A model generated the notes under the pieces. It was not told the DNA's origin. It was given only the letters and a program-made list of their open reading frames with translations, and did not search any database. A DNA stretch of 64,000 nucleotides from Alphaproteobacteria bacterium. GTDB taxonomy: Bacteria > Pseudomonadota > Alphaproteobacteria > CALKHQ01. The DNA lies in contig CBDDFZ010000001.1 of NCBI GenBank assembly GCA_965227515.1, positions 3,904,001 to 3,968,000 on the forward strand. The letters run 5' to 3'. The translations under genes were made by a program, and so were the position numbers. Positions 19,065 to 30,412 of this stretch are shown here, piece by piece (positions within the stretch are counted from its first letter, which is position 1; each line of letters opens with the position of its first letter).

Positions 19065-20144
19065 TCAACCCGGCAGCTGGTCGTCGATGCCCTCGACATA
19101 CCAGTCCATGCCGAGCAGCTCCTCGTCGGACATGACCTCGCCCTCCGGGACCACCAGCTCGCCGTCCTGGTTGTTGATCGGCCCGGCGAACGGGTGCAGC
19201 TCGCCGGCGATGATGGCGTTCTTCACCGCCTCGGCGGCGTCGATCACCTCCTGCGGCAGACCTTCCATATAAGGCGAGATCTCGACCATGCCGGTGTCCA
19301 GCCCGCCCCAGGTGTCCATCGACTCCCAGGTGCCATCGATCACCGCCTGTACGCGGCTGACGTAGTAGCTGTCCCAGTTGTCGACGATGGAGGTGAGCTG
19401 CGCCTCGGGCGCGAACGCCGACATGTCGGAGGCTTGGCCGAACGCGTAGACGCCGCGCTCCTGCGCCACCTGCAGGGCGGCCGGGGAGTCGGTGTGCTGC
19501 ACGATGATGTCGGCACCCTGGTCGATCAGCGCACCGGCGGCATCCGCCTCCTTGCCCGGGTCGTACCAGGTGTTGGCCCAGATCACCCGCACCTCGATGT
19601 CGGGATTGACCTTGGCGGCGGCGAGGTAGAATGCGTTGATGCCGCGCACCACTTCCGGGATCGGGAACGAGGCGATGTAGCCGACGATGTTGGACTCGGT
19701 CATGTGCCCGGCGATGGTGCCGATGACCGCGCGGCCCTCGTAGAAGCGCGCCATGTAGGTCGACAGGTTGTCGGCGCGCTTGTAGCCGGTGGCGTGCTCG
19801 AACACCACGTCCGGGAACTGCTCGGCGATATTCGCCGTCGGGTTCATGTAGCCGAACGAGGTGGTGAAGATGATATCATGGCCGGTGGTGGCGAGCTGGC
19901 GGATAACCCGCTGGGCATCCTGGCCTTCGCTGACGCTCTCGACGAAAGTGGTCTCCACCGCGTCGCCAAACGCCGCTTCCACCGCCTGGCGGCCGATGTC
20001 ATGCCGGTAGGTCCAGCCATGGTCGCTGACCGGGCCGACATAAACGAAACCGGCTTTCACCGTGTCTTGCGCCGATGCGGTCCCCATCGCCGCCGCCAAT
20101 GCCATACCGGCAGCCAACACTCCCCAACGAGCCTTCATGCTCAC
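19065..20144 (-). CDS. BMP-family ABC substrate-binding protein (purine/nucleoside)
   Basis: Signal peptide, GFVYVGPVSDHGWTYRHD, FPIPEVVRGINAF, QHTDSP. Confidence 0.9.
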   Translation of the reverse strand: MSMKARWGVLAAGMALAAAMGTASAQDTVKAGFVYVGPVSDHGWTYRHDIGRQAVEAAFGDAVETTFVESVSEGQDAQRVIRQLATTGHDIIFTTSFGYMNPTANIAEQFPDVVFEHATGYKRADNLSTYMARFYEGRAVIGTIAGHMTESNIVGYIASFPIPEVVRGINAFYLAAAKVNPDIEVRVIWANTWYDPGKEADAAGALIDQGADIIVQHTDSPAALQVAQERGVYAFGQASDMSAFAPEAQLTSIVDNWDSYYVSRVQAVIDGTWESMDTWGGLDTGMVEISPYMEGLPQEVIDAAEAVKNAIIAGELHPFAGPINNQDGELVVPEGEVMSDEELLGMDWYVEGIDDQLPG

Positions 20145-20254
20145 ACTCCCTGCTTCAGTTCGAATTAGGTCGATACGTATGCGCGAACCTTACACCCACC
20201 GATGCAAGTTTTACACCGGTCCGTCTGGTGCGCCCTCAGCCTGAGCCAACTCAT

Positions 20255-21175
20255 CTAGACAGTAGGATGGAACGGCTGGCCCAGGCAGGCCGGGGCGTTC
20301 AACCGCACCTTCAGCGCGTCGCGCGAGATGACGACCAGCACGATGATGGTCGCCAGATAGGGCAGCATCGAGAAGATCTGCGACGGCATATCCCAGTCGA
20401 GCAGGCTTTGCCCGTGCAGCTCCAGCATGCGCATGATGCCGAACAAGTAGGCACCCAGCAGCACGCGCCACGGGCGCCAGGTCGCGAACACCACCAGCGC
20501 CAGCGCGATCCAGCCGCGGCCCGCCGAAAGCTCTTCCTTCCAGCCGTACTCGATGGCGAGCGTGGCGCCCGCCAGCCCCGCCATCGCGCCGCCGAACAGC
20601 ACCGCGCCATACCTGATGCCGATGACCGGGTAGCCGATGGCGTGCGCGGCGTCGTGGCTCTCGCCCACCGCGCGCAACGCGAGGCCGGCCTTGGTGCGGG
20701 TGAGGAACCACCACACCGCCGGCACCATGGCGATGCCGAGGTAGATCAGGAAATGGTGCGAGAACAGGATCGGCCCGATGACCGGAATGTCCGACAGGCC
20801 CGAAATGTCGAGCTGCAGCTTGTCGACCTTGGGATCGCCGACATAGGCGGTGCCGGCAAGCGCGCTGACCCCGATGCCGAAGATGGTCAGCGCCAAGCCG
20901 GTGGCGACCTGATTGGCCAGCAGGGTCAGCGTCATGATGCCGAAGACCAGCGCCATCGCCATGCCGGCCACCAGCCCGAACACGATGCCGAGATAGACGC
21001 TGCCGGTCTCCTGCACGCCGACGAAGGCGACCACCGCGCCCACCAGCATCATGCCCTCGACACCCAGGTTCAGCACCCCGGCGCGCTCGACGACCAGCTC
21101 GCCAATGGCGGCCAGCACCAGCGGCGTGGAGGCGACGATGACCGCGACGATGATCGAGACCGCGATTTCCATCAT
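20255..21175 (-). CDS. Nucleoside ABC transporter permease
   Basis: GELVVERAGVLNLGVEGMML, GRGWIALALV. Confidence 0.9.
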   Translation of the reverse strand: MMEIAVSIIVAVIVASTPLVLAAIGELVVERAGVLNLGVEGMMLVGAVVAFVGVQETGSVYLGIVFGLVAGMAMALVFGIMTLTLLANQVATGLALTIFGIGVSALAGTAYVGDPKVDKLQLDISGLSDIPVIGPILFSHHFLIYLGIAMVPAVWWFLTRTKAGLALRAVGESHDAAHAIGYPVIGIRYGAVLFGGAMAGLAGATLAIEYGWKEELSAGRGWIALALVVFATWRPWRVLLGAYLFGIMRMLELHGQSLLDWDMPSQIFSMLPYLATIIVLVVISRDALKVRLNAPACLGQPFHPTV

Positions 21176-22305
21176 CCGTCACCCGCGATGGCTGCGGTGG
21201 GCGCCGCCGAGGGATTGTCGGGTGGTGCTGCCACGTGGTGCTTCGTGTGCCGCGCCCAGGTGACGCGGTAGCGGATCAGCACGTCGGTGCCGAGCAGGAA
21301 GAACAGCAGCAGGCCCTGGAACACGCCGGTTACCGCCAGCGGCACGCCGACAGCAAGCTGCGCGAACTCACCGCCGATATAGGACAGCGCCACCAGCAGG
21401 CCGCCGAGCACGATGCCGACCGGATGCAGCCGGCCGAGGAACGCGACGATGATGGCGGTGAAGCCGTAGTTGGTCGAGATGCTGTCGGTGAGCTGGCCGA
21501 TGGGGCCCGACACCTCGATGCAGCCGGCCACGCCCGCCAGCCCGCCGCCGATCAGCAACGAGGCCCAGATCATCTTCTTCTGGCTGAAGTCGGCGAAACG
21601 CGCGGCGGCGGGGGCGGCACCGATCACCCGGACCTGGAAGCCGAACAGCGAGCGGCTGAGCGCCAGCCAGCCGAGCCCGGCCACCACCAGGGCGATGATC
21701 GCACCGATGTGCAGCCGCGTGCCCTCCAGGATGATCGGCAGGCGCGCGTCGCCGTGGAACTGGCGCGACTGCGGGAAACCGAAGCCGTCCGGGTCCTTCA
21801 GCGGCCCGTGCACCATGATGGCGAGGAACTGCACCGCCACATAGGTCAGCATCAGGCTGGACAGGATCTCGTTGACGTTGAACTGGGTCTTCAGGAGCGC
21901 CGGGATCGCCGCGTAGACCATGCCGCCGAGCGCACCGGCGATGAACATCGCCGGCAGGATGAGGCCGCTCTCCACGTCATAGAACGCCAGGGCCACGGCG
22001 CCGGCCGCCACACCGCCGAAGATGAGTTGGCCCTCGGCGCCGATGTTCCAAACGTTGGCGCGGAAACCGATGGCAAGCCCGATGCCGATCAGGATCAACG
22101 GCGTCGCCTTAACCCCAATTTCCGCAATGTTATAAGTGCTTTGGAACGGGGTGATGAAGAAGTGATAGAGCGCCTCACCCGCGTCGTAGCCGAGCGCCCA
22201 GAACAGGATGGCGCCGACCGCGACCGTCAGCACGACCGCGATCACCGGCGTGATGTAAGACATGACGCGCGACGGCGCGGGCCGCTTCTCCAGCCTAATC
22301 AGCAT
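21172..22305 (-). CDS. Nucleoside ABC transporter permease
   Basis: WNIGAEGQ, NEILSSLML, YGFTAIIVAFLGRLHP. Confidence 0.9.
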   Translation of the reverse strand: MLIRLEKRPAPSRVMSYITPVIAVVLTVAVGAILFWALGYDAGEALYHFFITPFQSTYNIAEIGVKATPLILIGIGLAIGFRANVWNIGAEGQLIFGGVAAGAVALAFYDVESGLILPAMFIAGALGGMVYAAIPALLKTQFNVNEILSSLMLTYVAVQFLAIMVHGPLKDPDGFGFPQSRQFHGDARLPIILEGTRLHIGAIIALVVAGLGWLALSRSLFGFQVRVIGAAPAAARFADFSQKKMIWASLLIGGGLAGVAGCIEVSGPIGQLTDSISTNYGFTAIIVAFLGRLHPVGIVLGGLLVALSYIGGEFAQLAVGVPLAVTGVFQGLLLFFLLGTDVLIRYRVTWARHTKHHVAAPPDNPSAAPTAAIAGDG

Positions 22306-23881
22306 GGGCCGTCTCCCCCGAAACGCTGGCCGTGGCCGCCACGCCGCCGCTCTCGTCGCCACCGTCGTCGCCATGGACGCCGCCCATCAGCAGGCCCAGT
22401 TCCTCGACCGTAACGTCGCCCACCGGTCGTGGCTCGGATAGGCGACCGAGATTGAGCACCGCGATCCGGTGGCTGATCTCCATCAGTTCGTCGAGGTCCT
22501 GGGAGATGACGACGATGGCTGCCCCGGCGGCCGCGAGGTCGCGCAGGGCCTGCCGGATCGCGGCCGCCGCGCCGGCATCGACACCCCATGTCGGCTGCGA
22601 GGCGATCAGCACCGTCGGCTTCTGCTCGACCTCCCGGCCGACCACGAACTTCTGCAGGTTGCCGCCCGACAGGCTGCTTGCCGCCGCATGGGTGCCGGGC
22701 GTGCGAACATCAAAACTTTCAACAACTTGTCCGGCGAACTTGCGCGTATCCTGGAACTTGATGAAGCCGCCTGAGAGCAGGTGCTGGCTCTGGTAGGCGC
22801 TGAGCAGCGCGTTCTCCACCAGCGACATCGCTGGCACCGCCGCGTGGCCCAATCTCTCCTCCGGCACGAACGCCATGCCGTTGGTGCGGCGGCGGCGCGG
22901 GCCATAGGTGCCCAGCGGCGCGCCGTCGACCTCGACCGAGCCGGGATCGTGCGTCGGCGTCTCGCCACTCAAGGCGGCCAGCAGCTCGACCTGGCCGTTA
23001 CCGGCAACGCCGGCGATGCCCATGATCTCGCCGCTCTGCACCGCGAACGAGATGTCCTTCAGGTTGACGCCGAAGCGCTCGCGCGACACCAGGTTCAGAT
23101 TGTTGACCTTCAGCAGCGCCCCACCGGCAGCAGGCGGCGCGGTCTGCACCGGTGCGGCCAGTTCCTCGCCGATCATCATCTGCGCCATCGAGCGCGGCGA
23201 TTCCTGGCGCGGGTCGCAGCGCGCCACCACCCGGCCCTGGCGCAAGATGGTGGCGGTCTCGCACAGCTCCACGATCTCCTGCAGCTTGTGACTGATGTAG
23301 AGGATGGAGCACCCCTCCGCCGCGAGCTGGCGCAGGGTGGTGAACAGCCGGTCCACTTCCTGCGGCGTCAGCACCGAGGTCGGCTCGTCCATGATCAGCA
23401 GCTTCGGCGACTGCAACAGGCAACGCACGATCTCGATGCGCTGGCGCTCGCCGACGGACAAGGTGTGGACGTGGCGGCGCGGGTCGAGCGGCAGGCCATA
23501 GGCGTGGCTGACCCGCTCGATCTCGGCCATCAACGCACGGCCGTCGCGCGCGCCGGGCACGCCGAGCGCGATGTTCTCGCTGACCGTCAGCCCCTCGAAC
23601 AGAGAGAAGTGCTGGAACACCATGCCGATGCCGAGCCGGCGCGCGGCGTTCGGGTTCGGGATCTCGACCGGCTTGCCCTGCCAGAACTTGTCGCCCTCAT
23701 CGGGCTGAACCACGCCGTAGATGATCTTGACCAGGGTCGACTTGCCGGCGCCGTTCTCACCCAGCAGCGCGTGGGTCTCGCCCGGCTTGACGGTCAGGTC
23801 GATGCGGTCGTTGGCCAGAGTGCCCGGGTACTGCTTGGTAATGCCGCGCAGTTCGAGTTGGGCGTGCGTGTCAGAGGTCAA
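22295..23881 (-). CDS. Nucleoside ABC transporter ATP-binding protein (tandem ABC domains)
   Basis: GENGAGKS, DEPTSVL, LSGGNLQK. Confidence 0.92.
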   Translation of the reverse strand: MTSDTHAQLELRGITKQYPGTLANDRIDLTVKPGETHALLGENGAGKSTLVKIIYGVVQPDEGDKFWQGKPVEIPNPNAARRLGIGMVFQHFSLFEGLTVSENIALGVPGARDGRALMAEIERVSHAYGLPLDPRRHVHTLSVGERQRIEIVRCLLQSPKLLIMDEPTSVLTPQEVDRLFTTLRQLAAEGCSILYISHKLQEIVELCETATILRQGRVVARCDPRQESPRSMAQMMIGEELAAPVQTAPPAAGGALLKVNNLNLVSRERFGVNLKDISFAVQSGEIMGIAGVAGNGQVELLAALSGETPTHDPGSVEVDGAPLGTYGPRRRRTNGMAFVPEERLGHAAVPAMSLVENALLSAYQSQHLLSGGFIKFQDTRKFAGQVVESFDVRTPGTHAAASSLSGGNLQKFVVGREVEQKPTVLIASQPTWGVDAGAAAAIRQALRDLAAAGAAIVVISQDLDELMEISHRIAVLNLGRLSEPRPVGDVTVEELGLLMGGVHGDDGGDESGGVAATASVSGETAHAD

Positions 23882-23913
23882 GGCAGGCTATTTCCTCAAT
23901 GAAAACAACAACC

Positions 23914-24002
23914 GTCATCCTCGGGCTTGTCCCGAGGATCCACGAGGTGGCCGCTCATGCGGCCAAGGAGACGTGGATGCCCGCAACAAGTGCGGGCATG
24001 AC
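23914..24002. repeat. REP-like family A doublet
   Basis: Near reverse-complement of the 1630-1718 element. Confidence 0.85.
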
Positions 24003-24029
24003 GACAAGCGATTCTTGGCACCGTATCCA

Positions 24030-25067
24030 TCACGCGGCCGCCTGGGCGGCGTGGTAGGACCGCGCGCGCATGTCGGCGATGCGCAGCAGCAGGTCGGCGG
24101 CGACCGAGGCAGCGATGACGGCGGGCGCCTTGCCGCCGGTCATCTTGGAATCGAGGCCCGGCAGGCCGATGGGGCAATGGATGCGGTCGATGGCCTCTTG
24201 GGCGAAGCCGCGCGCGGCGAGACGCTTGAAGAAGCTGGCGCGCTTGCTCGCCGAACCGATCAGGCCGAGATAGACAAAATCGTTCCGCATCAGCCAGTTG
24301 GTGCAGATTGCTTCGTCCAGCGCATGAGAGTGCGTCATCACCAGGGCCGCCATGCCCGGCGGCAGGCCCTCGACCGCCGCAGCCGGGTCGGCGCGGAGTT
24401 CAGTCCTCACGCCGCCACCCTCCGGCGGCACCAGCCACTCGGCCCGGCTGTCGATCCAGGTGATGCGGAATGGCAGCGGCGTCAGCGCGCGCACCAGCGC
24501 GGTGCCGACATGGCCGGCGCCGAACAGCGCCAGCGGCTGCCGTGGCGGCCAATAAGGGCGAATCAGCGCCGCCCGGCCGTCAGCCAATCGCGCGATGCGC
24601 GGCACTCCGTCTTCCAGGCAACCGGCGGCCTCGGCGGCCCAGTCGCCGGCCTCGCCGGCCGCGACCACGCGCAACGGCCTTGGCGGGTCGATCTCGGACA
24701 GCACCACGGCGCGCTCGGCGGCCTTGTCGTCCATGTCTGGCAAGGCCATCTGGGCGGGCACGACCCGCTCGTAGAGCACTTCGGCCTGGCCGCCGCAGCA
24801 CTGGCCGAGCCGGGGGCCGAGCGCCATCGCCCGCACGTCGGCGGCATCGCCCGACACAAGCAGCCGCCGCGCCTCCTGGGTCGCCACGTATTCCAGCTTG
24901 CCGCCGCCGATGCTGCCGGAGAGCCCGTCGGGCGTGACCAGCATGGCCGCCCCCACCTCGCGCGGGGTCGAACCCTTGGTCGCGGCGACCGAGACCAGCA
25001 TGCCGGCCCCCGCCGCACCGGCTATCGCATCGAACGTTGGCCAGTCGATATCGACGGAAACGCTCAT
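24030..25067 (-). CDS. xdhC: Xanthine dehydrogenase accessory protein
   Basis: GSTPRE, GSIGGGKLE, LGQCCGG, FGAGHVG, THSHALD, GLIGSASK. Confidence 0.9.
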   Translation of the reverse strand: MSVSVDIDWPTFDAIAGAAGAGMLVSVAATKGSTPREVGAAMLVTPDGLSGSIGGGKLEYVATQEARRLLVSGDAADVRAMALGPRLGQCCGGQAEVLYERVVPAQMALPDMDDKAAERAVVLSEIDPPRPLRVVAAGEAGDWAAEAAGCLEDGVPRIARLADGRAALIRPYWPPRQPLALFGAGHVGTALVRALTPLPFRITWIDSRAEWLVPPEGGGVRTELRADPAAAVEGLPPGMAALVMTHSHALDEAICTNWLMRNDFVYLGLIGSASKRASFFKRLAARGFAQEAIDRIHCPIGLPGLDSKMTGGKAPAVIAASVAADLLLRIADMRARSYHAAQAAA

Positions 25068-27440
25068 TCGGCTGCTTCCCGGCCGGGTGTATCGGCGGCA
25101 CGACGGCGCAGATTGTCGATGGTCGCCAGCACCACTTCCGGCGTCGCCGGCGCATCGAGCCGCGGGCACACCGCATGATCGGCGACGCTGGCGATGGCAT
25201 CCGACAGTGCATGCAGCACCGAGACCGCCAGCAGCACCGGCGGCTCGCCCACCGCCTTGGAGCGGTGGATCGTCGGCTCCTCGGCGCGCACGCCTTCCAT
25301 CAGCTTCAGGTTGAACACGGCAGGGCGGTCGCCGCAGGCCGGGATCTTGTAGGTGGAGGGCGCATGGGTGCGCAGCCGCCCATCATCGTCGAACCACAGC
25401 TCCTCGGTGGTCAGCCAGCCCATGCCCTGTATGAAGCCGCCCTCGACCTGGCCCATGTCGACCGCCGGGTTCAGCGACTTGCCGACATCGTGCAGGATGT
25501 CGACGCGGGTCACCTTGTACTCGCCGGTCAGGGTGTCGACCGCGACCTCGCTGACTGCGGCGCCATAGGCGAAATAGTAGAAGGGCCGGCCCGATGCCGT
25601 CTCGCGGTCGTAGTAGACGTGGGGCGTGGCATAGAAGCCGGATGCGGACAGCGGCACCCGCGCCATGTAGGCGGCATGGGCGAGCTCGGCGAAGGTCCAC
25701 GACTTGTCGCCGGCGGTGATCCGGTCCGGCACCCAGCGCACCGCCTGGGGTGCGACCTCGCCCGCCTCGGCGGCAAACGCCGTCATCCGGTCGCGGATCT
25801 GCTGGGCCGCGTCCAGGGCCGCCATGCCGTTCATGTCGCTGCCGGACGAGGCCGCGGTCGGCGACGTGTTCGGCACCTTGCCGGTGGTGGTGGCGGTGAT
25901 CTGCACCAGGTCGATGGCGACCTGGAACACGTCGGCCACCACCTGGGCGACCTTGATGTAGAGGCCCTGCCCCATCTCGGTGCCGCCGTGGTTCACCTGC
26001 ACGCTGCCGTCGGTATAGACCAGCACCAGGGCGCCGGCCTGGTTCAGGTGGGTGACGGTGAACGAGATGCCGAATTTCACCGGCACCAGGGCGAGGCCGT
26101 GCTTGATGATGGGGCTCGCCGCATTGGCCTCGCGGATCGCCGCCCTGCGGGCCTGGTAGTCCGATGTTTCCACCAACTCATCGACGACCCGGTCGACGAT
26201 ATTGTCGGTGATGGGCATGTGGTACTGGGTCACGTTGCGGTCGGTGGTGCCGTAGAAATTGGCCCGCCGCACTTCCAGCGGGTCCTTGCCGAGCGCGAAC
26301 GCGATCTCCTCGATCACCCGCTCGCCGATCACCATGCCCTGCGGCCCGCCGAAGCCCCGGAACGCAGTGTTGGACTGGGTGTGGGTCTTGCAGCGGTGCG
26401 ACACCACCCGCACGTCCGGCAGGTAGTAGCAATTGTCGATGTGGAACATCGCGCGGTCGTTGATGCCGAGCGACAGGTCGACCGAGCGGCCGCAGGCGCG
26501 ACGCCAGCATGTAGTCGGCGGCGGTGATGCGCCCGTCGTCGTCGTAGCCGACATCGTAGTCGCCGATGAAGTCGTGGCGCTTGCCGGTGATCATCATGTC
26601 GTCGTCGCGGTCCACCCGCATCTTCGCCGGCCGGCCGGTCACGTGGGCGGCCAGCGCCGCCGCCGCCGCGAACATGGTCGCCTGGGCCTCCTTGCCGCCG
26701 AAGCCACCGCCCATCCGCCGCACCTCGACGGTGATCGCCGCACTCGCCACGCCAAGCAGGTCGGCGGTCTTGTGCTGCACCTCGGTGGGGTGCTGGGTGG
26801 AGCTGTAGACGGTCATCTCCGGCCCCTCGCCGGGGATCGCCAGCGCCGCCTGGCCCTCAAGGTAGAAATGCTCCTGCCCGCCGACCGCCATCCGCCCCTT
26901 GATGCGATGCGGCGCGCGTTCCAGGGCGGCGGCCACATCGCCGCGCTTCATGGTGTGGGTCGGCAGCACGAACAGCTCGCGTTCCAGGGCGGCTTCCGCC
27001 GTCAGCACCGCCTCGCGCGGCGCATACGCGATCTTGCCGAGCCGGGCGGCGCGGCGCGCCTGCTGATAGGTCTCCGCCACCACGCCGAAGATCGGCTGGC
27101 CGACATATTCGACCACCTGGTCGGCGAACAGCGGGTCGTCGCCGAACACCGGGCTGACGTCGTTCTTGCCGGGAATGTCGCTCGGGGTCAGCACGGCGAT
27201 GACGCCGGGGGCCGCGCGCACCGCATCCAGGTCGATGGACGTGATCTCGGCGTGAGCGTGCTCGGAGGTGCCGAACTGCACGTGGACCAGACCCGGCGGC
27301 TCCAGCATGTCGTCGATATAAGCCGCGGTGCCGGTGACGTGCCGAGCAGCACTGTCGTGCGGAATCGGGTGGCGCACCACATGCAGGTCGCCGTCGGCCG
27401 CCGTTTCGGGCGTCACGTCTTGCCGCACGTCGTCAGCCAT
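25064..27440 (-). pseudogene. xdhB: Xanthine dehydrogenase molybdopterin subunit, split by a +1 frameshift near 26495 (sequencing error or recent pseudogene)
   Basis: N-terminal half in ORF 26178..27440 (QEHFYLE, RMGGGFGGKE) and C-terminal half in ORF 25064..26554 (AFRGFGGPQG, TAASSGSD, KAVGEPP); removing one base joins them. Confidence 0.85.
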
Positions 27441-28929
27441 AGGCGACCTCTACCGCGTCGACCACTCGACCCGCGCCATCTGCGCCGGCGCTTTCGATGA
27501 ACGCCCGCAGCAACAGGTTCTGCGCCACCCGCGCCCGATAGGCCGCCGACGCACGCATGTCGCTGATCGGCGCGAAGTCGTCGGCCAGCGCCGCCATGCC
27601 GGCGTCCGCCGTTTCGCGGGTCCAGGGCTGGCCGGTGATCGCCGCCTCGCAGGCCGCCGCGCGCTTCGGCGTCGCCGCCATACCGCCGAACGCGATCCGC
27701 GCCGCGTCCACCACACCGTCGCGCACCGTCAGTCGGAACGCGCCGCACACGGCGGAGATGTCCTGGTCGAAGCGCTTGGAGATCTTGTACATGTGGAGCG
27801 CGGTGTCGGCAGGCAATTTTGGAATGACGATTTTCTCAACAAATTCAGATGCCTGTCGGTCCTGTTTACCATAGTCGATGAAGAAATCTTCCAGCTTCAG
27901 CTTGCGCCTGTCCTGGCCGCGCCGCAGCACCACGCTGGCATCGAGCGCGATCAGGCCGGGCGGGCCGTCGCCGATGGGCGACCCGTTGGCGACGTTGCCG
28001 CAGAGCGTGCCGGCATTGCGCACCTGCACCGACCCGTAGCGCCGCATGACCTCGCCGAAGTCCGGGAAGTTGGCGGCGATAACAGGCATCGCCCGGCTGA
28101 GCGACGCGGCGGCGCCGATCTCGATGGCGTCCCCGGTGTCGGTGACGAAATCCAGGTCGCTGACCCGGCCCAGGTAGATGACGGTGTCGAGCACCCGCAT
28201 CTGCTTGGTCACCCACAGCCCGACATCGGTGCCGCCGGCCAGGATGCGCGCGTCCGGGTGGTCGAGCAGCAAAGCGGCCAGGTCGTCAGCCGTTGCCGGC
28301 GCCAGGAACCGGCGGCCCTCGCCCTCGCACGCGACCGTCGCCGCGTCATCCTCGCCAAGTTGGTCGACGGCCGTGGCCTCCATCATCGCCAGATGCACGT
28401 CGTTGCCCGGACCGTCATTCATGACCTGGGCGGCGGCGATGATCGGCCCGTAGCCGGTGCACCGGCACAGGTTTCCGGCGAGCAGGTCCTTGGCCGCGCC
28501 GTCGTCCAGCGCCATGCCGGCGCGGTAGGCCGCATAGAGCGACATGACGAAGCCGGGCGTGCAGAAGCCGCACTGCGAGCCGTGGCAGTCGACCATCGCC
28601 TGCTGCACCGGATGCAACCGACCGGCAGGCGACGCCAGGTCCTCCACCGTCAGCAAATGGCAGCCATCCAGCGTCGGCACGAACTGGATGCAGGCATTGA
28701 CCGCCTTGTAGGCCATCTCGCCATCGGCCTGCGGGCGGCCGACGACCACCGTGCAGGCGCCGCAATCGCCCTCGGCACATCCTTCCTTGGTGCCGCAACG
28801 CCCGGCCGGGCCGCGCAGATATTCCAGCACCGTCATCGTCGGGTCGATGCCGTCCAGCTCCACCAGCCGGTCGCCCAAGACGAACCGTGCCGGGCGGGTG
28901 TCGATCGATGCTGCGGAAGGTCCGGGCAC
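27433..28929 (-). CDS. xdhA: Xanthine dehydrogenase small (2Fe-2S/FAD) subunit
   Basis: GTKEGCAEGDCGACTV, QCGFCTPG, GNLCRCTGY, AGGTD, KISKRFDQDIS. Confidence 0.93.
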   Translation of the reverse strand: MPGPSAASIDTRPARFVLGDRLVELDGIDPTMTVLEYLRGPAGRCGTKEGCAEGDCGACTVVVGRPQADGEMAYKAVNACIQFVPTLDGCHLLTVEDLASPAGRLHPVQQAMVDCHGSQCGFCTPGFVMSLYAAYRAGMALDDGAAKDLLAGNLCRCTGYGPIIAAAQVMNDGPGNDVHLAMMEATAVDQLGEDDAATVACEGEGRRFLAPATADDLAALLLDHPDARILAGGTDVGLWVTKQMRVLDTVIYLGRVSDLDFVTDTGDAIEIGAAASLSRAMPVIAANFPDFGEVMRRYGSVQVRNAGTLCGNVANGSPIGDGPPGLIALDASVVLRRGQDRRKLKLEDFFIDYGKQDRQASEFVEKIVIPKLPADTALHMYKISKRFDQDISAVCGAFRLTVRDGVVDAARIAFGGMAATPKRAAACEAAITGQPWTRETADAGMAALADDFAPISDMRASAAYRARVAQNLLLRAFIESAGADGAGRVVDAVEVAYG

Positions 28930-28937
28930 GACGTGTC

Positions 28938-29291
28938 CTAGCTGCCGCGATAGGTGGTGTAGCCGTAAGGCGAGAGCAGCAGCGGCACGTGATAGTGCGC
29001 GCCCGCATCGGCGATGTGGAACCGCACCGGCACGTCGGACAGGAACTGCCCGGCGGCCGTGTCGACGCCCTGGGCGGCCAGGTAGGCGCCGGCCGCGAAC
29101 ACCAGCTCGTACTGCCCGATCTGCATCGCCTCTCCCTCCAGCAGCGGCTGGTCGGCGCGACCGTCGCTGTTGGTCACCACCTCGGCCACGGCCGTGCGCG
29201 TGTCGCCGTCCAGGCGATAGAGGCGGATATGCAAGCCCGATGCCGGATGCCCAGCCGCCGTATCCAGAACATGAGTGGTCAACCGGCCCAT
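28938..29291 (-). CDS. uraH: 5-hydroxyisourate hydrolase (transthyretin-like)
   Basis: LTTHVLD, HYHVPLL, C-terminal YRGS. Confidence 0.95.
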   Translation of the reverse strand: MGRLTTHVLDTAAGHPASGLHIRLYRLDGDTRTAVAEVVTNSDGRADQPLLEGEAMQIGQYELVFAAGAYLAAQGVDTAAGQFLSDVPVRFHIADAGAHYHVPLLLSPYGYTTYRGS

Positions 29292-29476
29292 CGGCGGCTC
29301 CAGAAGGTTAATTGAGGAAGTTGATCACCGCCTTAGCCCCAAAGTCAATTGTTGCACCCGATTGCGCGCCTTTGCGGCCGTACGATTTCTGTTCCATTGC
29401 GCCCCGTGCATCGCGCTTCCATAATCCTGCCAGGGACCGGCCCGCGACGGCGGCATGCGAGGAATTGGACCAGAAC

Positions 29477-30412
29477 ATGAACGACGGCTATCCGCGCGAC
29501 CTGATTGGCTACGCCGACAACCCGCCGCAGGCCGACTGGCCGGGCGCTGCGCGCGTGGCGGTGCAATTCGTCCTCAATTACGAGGAGGGCGGCGAGAACA
29601 GCGTGCTGCACGGCGACCCCGCCGCCGAGGCGTTTCTGTCGGAGATTGTCGGCGCGGCACCGATCCACGGTATGCGCCACATCAACATGGAAACCATCTA
29701 CGAGTACGGCAGCCGCGTCGGCGTGTGGCGCATTCTGAAGCTGTTCCAGCGCAAGCAGGTGCCAATCACCGTCTTCGCCGTCGGCATGGCGGCGGAGCGC
29801 CACCCCGACGTGATCAAGGCGATGGTGGCCGACGGGCACGAAATCTGCAGCCATGGCTATCGCTGGATCGACTACCAGTACGTGCCGGAGCAGGTGGAGC
29901 GCGAGCACATCATGCGCGCCATCACCGCCATCCACAACGCCGCCGGCACGCCGCCGCTGGGCTGGTATACCGGCCGCACCAGCCCGAACACCCGCCGGCT
30001 GGTGGTGGAGCACGGCGGCTTCCTCTACGACGCCGACGCCTACAACGACGACCTGCCCTATTGGGTCACGGTTGGCGACACGCCGCACTTGGTGGTGCCC
30101 TATACTCTGGACGCCAACGACATGCGCTTCGCGACCCCGCAGGGGTTCAATTCCGGCGACCAGTTCTTTGCCTACCTGCGCGACAGTTTCGACGTGCTCT
30201 ATGCCGAGGGCGCTGAGACGCCTCGGATGATGTCGATCGGGCTGCATTGCCGCCTGGTCGGCCGGCCGGGCCGCATCGCGGCTCTGGAGCGCTTCATCGA
30301 CCACGTCCAGGGCCACGGCGATGTGTGGTTCTGCCGGCGGATCGACATTGCTAGGCATTGGCGCGAACGCCACCCCTACCCGCCACACGCCGCCGCATCG
30401 CCGGACGCATGA
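29477..30412 (+). CDS. puuE: Allantoinase PuuE (polysaccharide deacetylase fold)
   Basis: YPRDLIGY, NYEEGGE, YEYGSRVG, HGYRW, GWYTGR, GLHCR. Confidence 0.92.
   Translation: MNDGYPRDLIGYADNPPQADWPGAARVAVQFVLNYEEGGENSVLHGDPAAEAFLSEIVGAAPIHGMRHINMETIYEYGSRVGVWRILKLFQRKQVPITVFAVGMAAERHPDVIKAMVADGHEICSHGYRWIDYQYVPEQVEREHIMRAITAIHNAAGTPPLGWYTGRTSPNTRRLVVEHGGFLYDADAYNDDLPYWVTVGDTPHLVVPYTLDANDMRFATPQGFNSGDQFFAYLRDSFDVLYAEGAETPRMMSIGLHCRLVGRPGRIAALERFIDHVQGHGDVWFCRRIDIARHWRERHPYPPHAAASPDA

Noticed and set aside
26485-26510. Programmed ribosomal frameshift in xdhB
   Set aside because: No slippery heptamer or homopolymer run, and no precedent known to me; a single-base error is simpler
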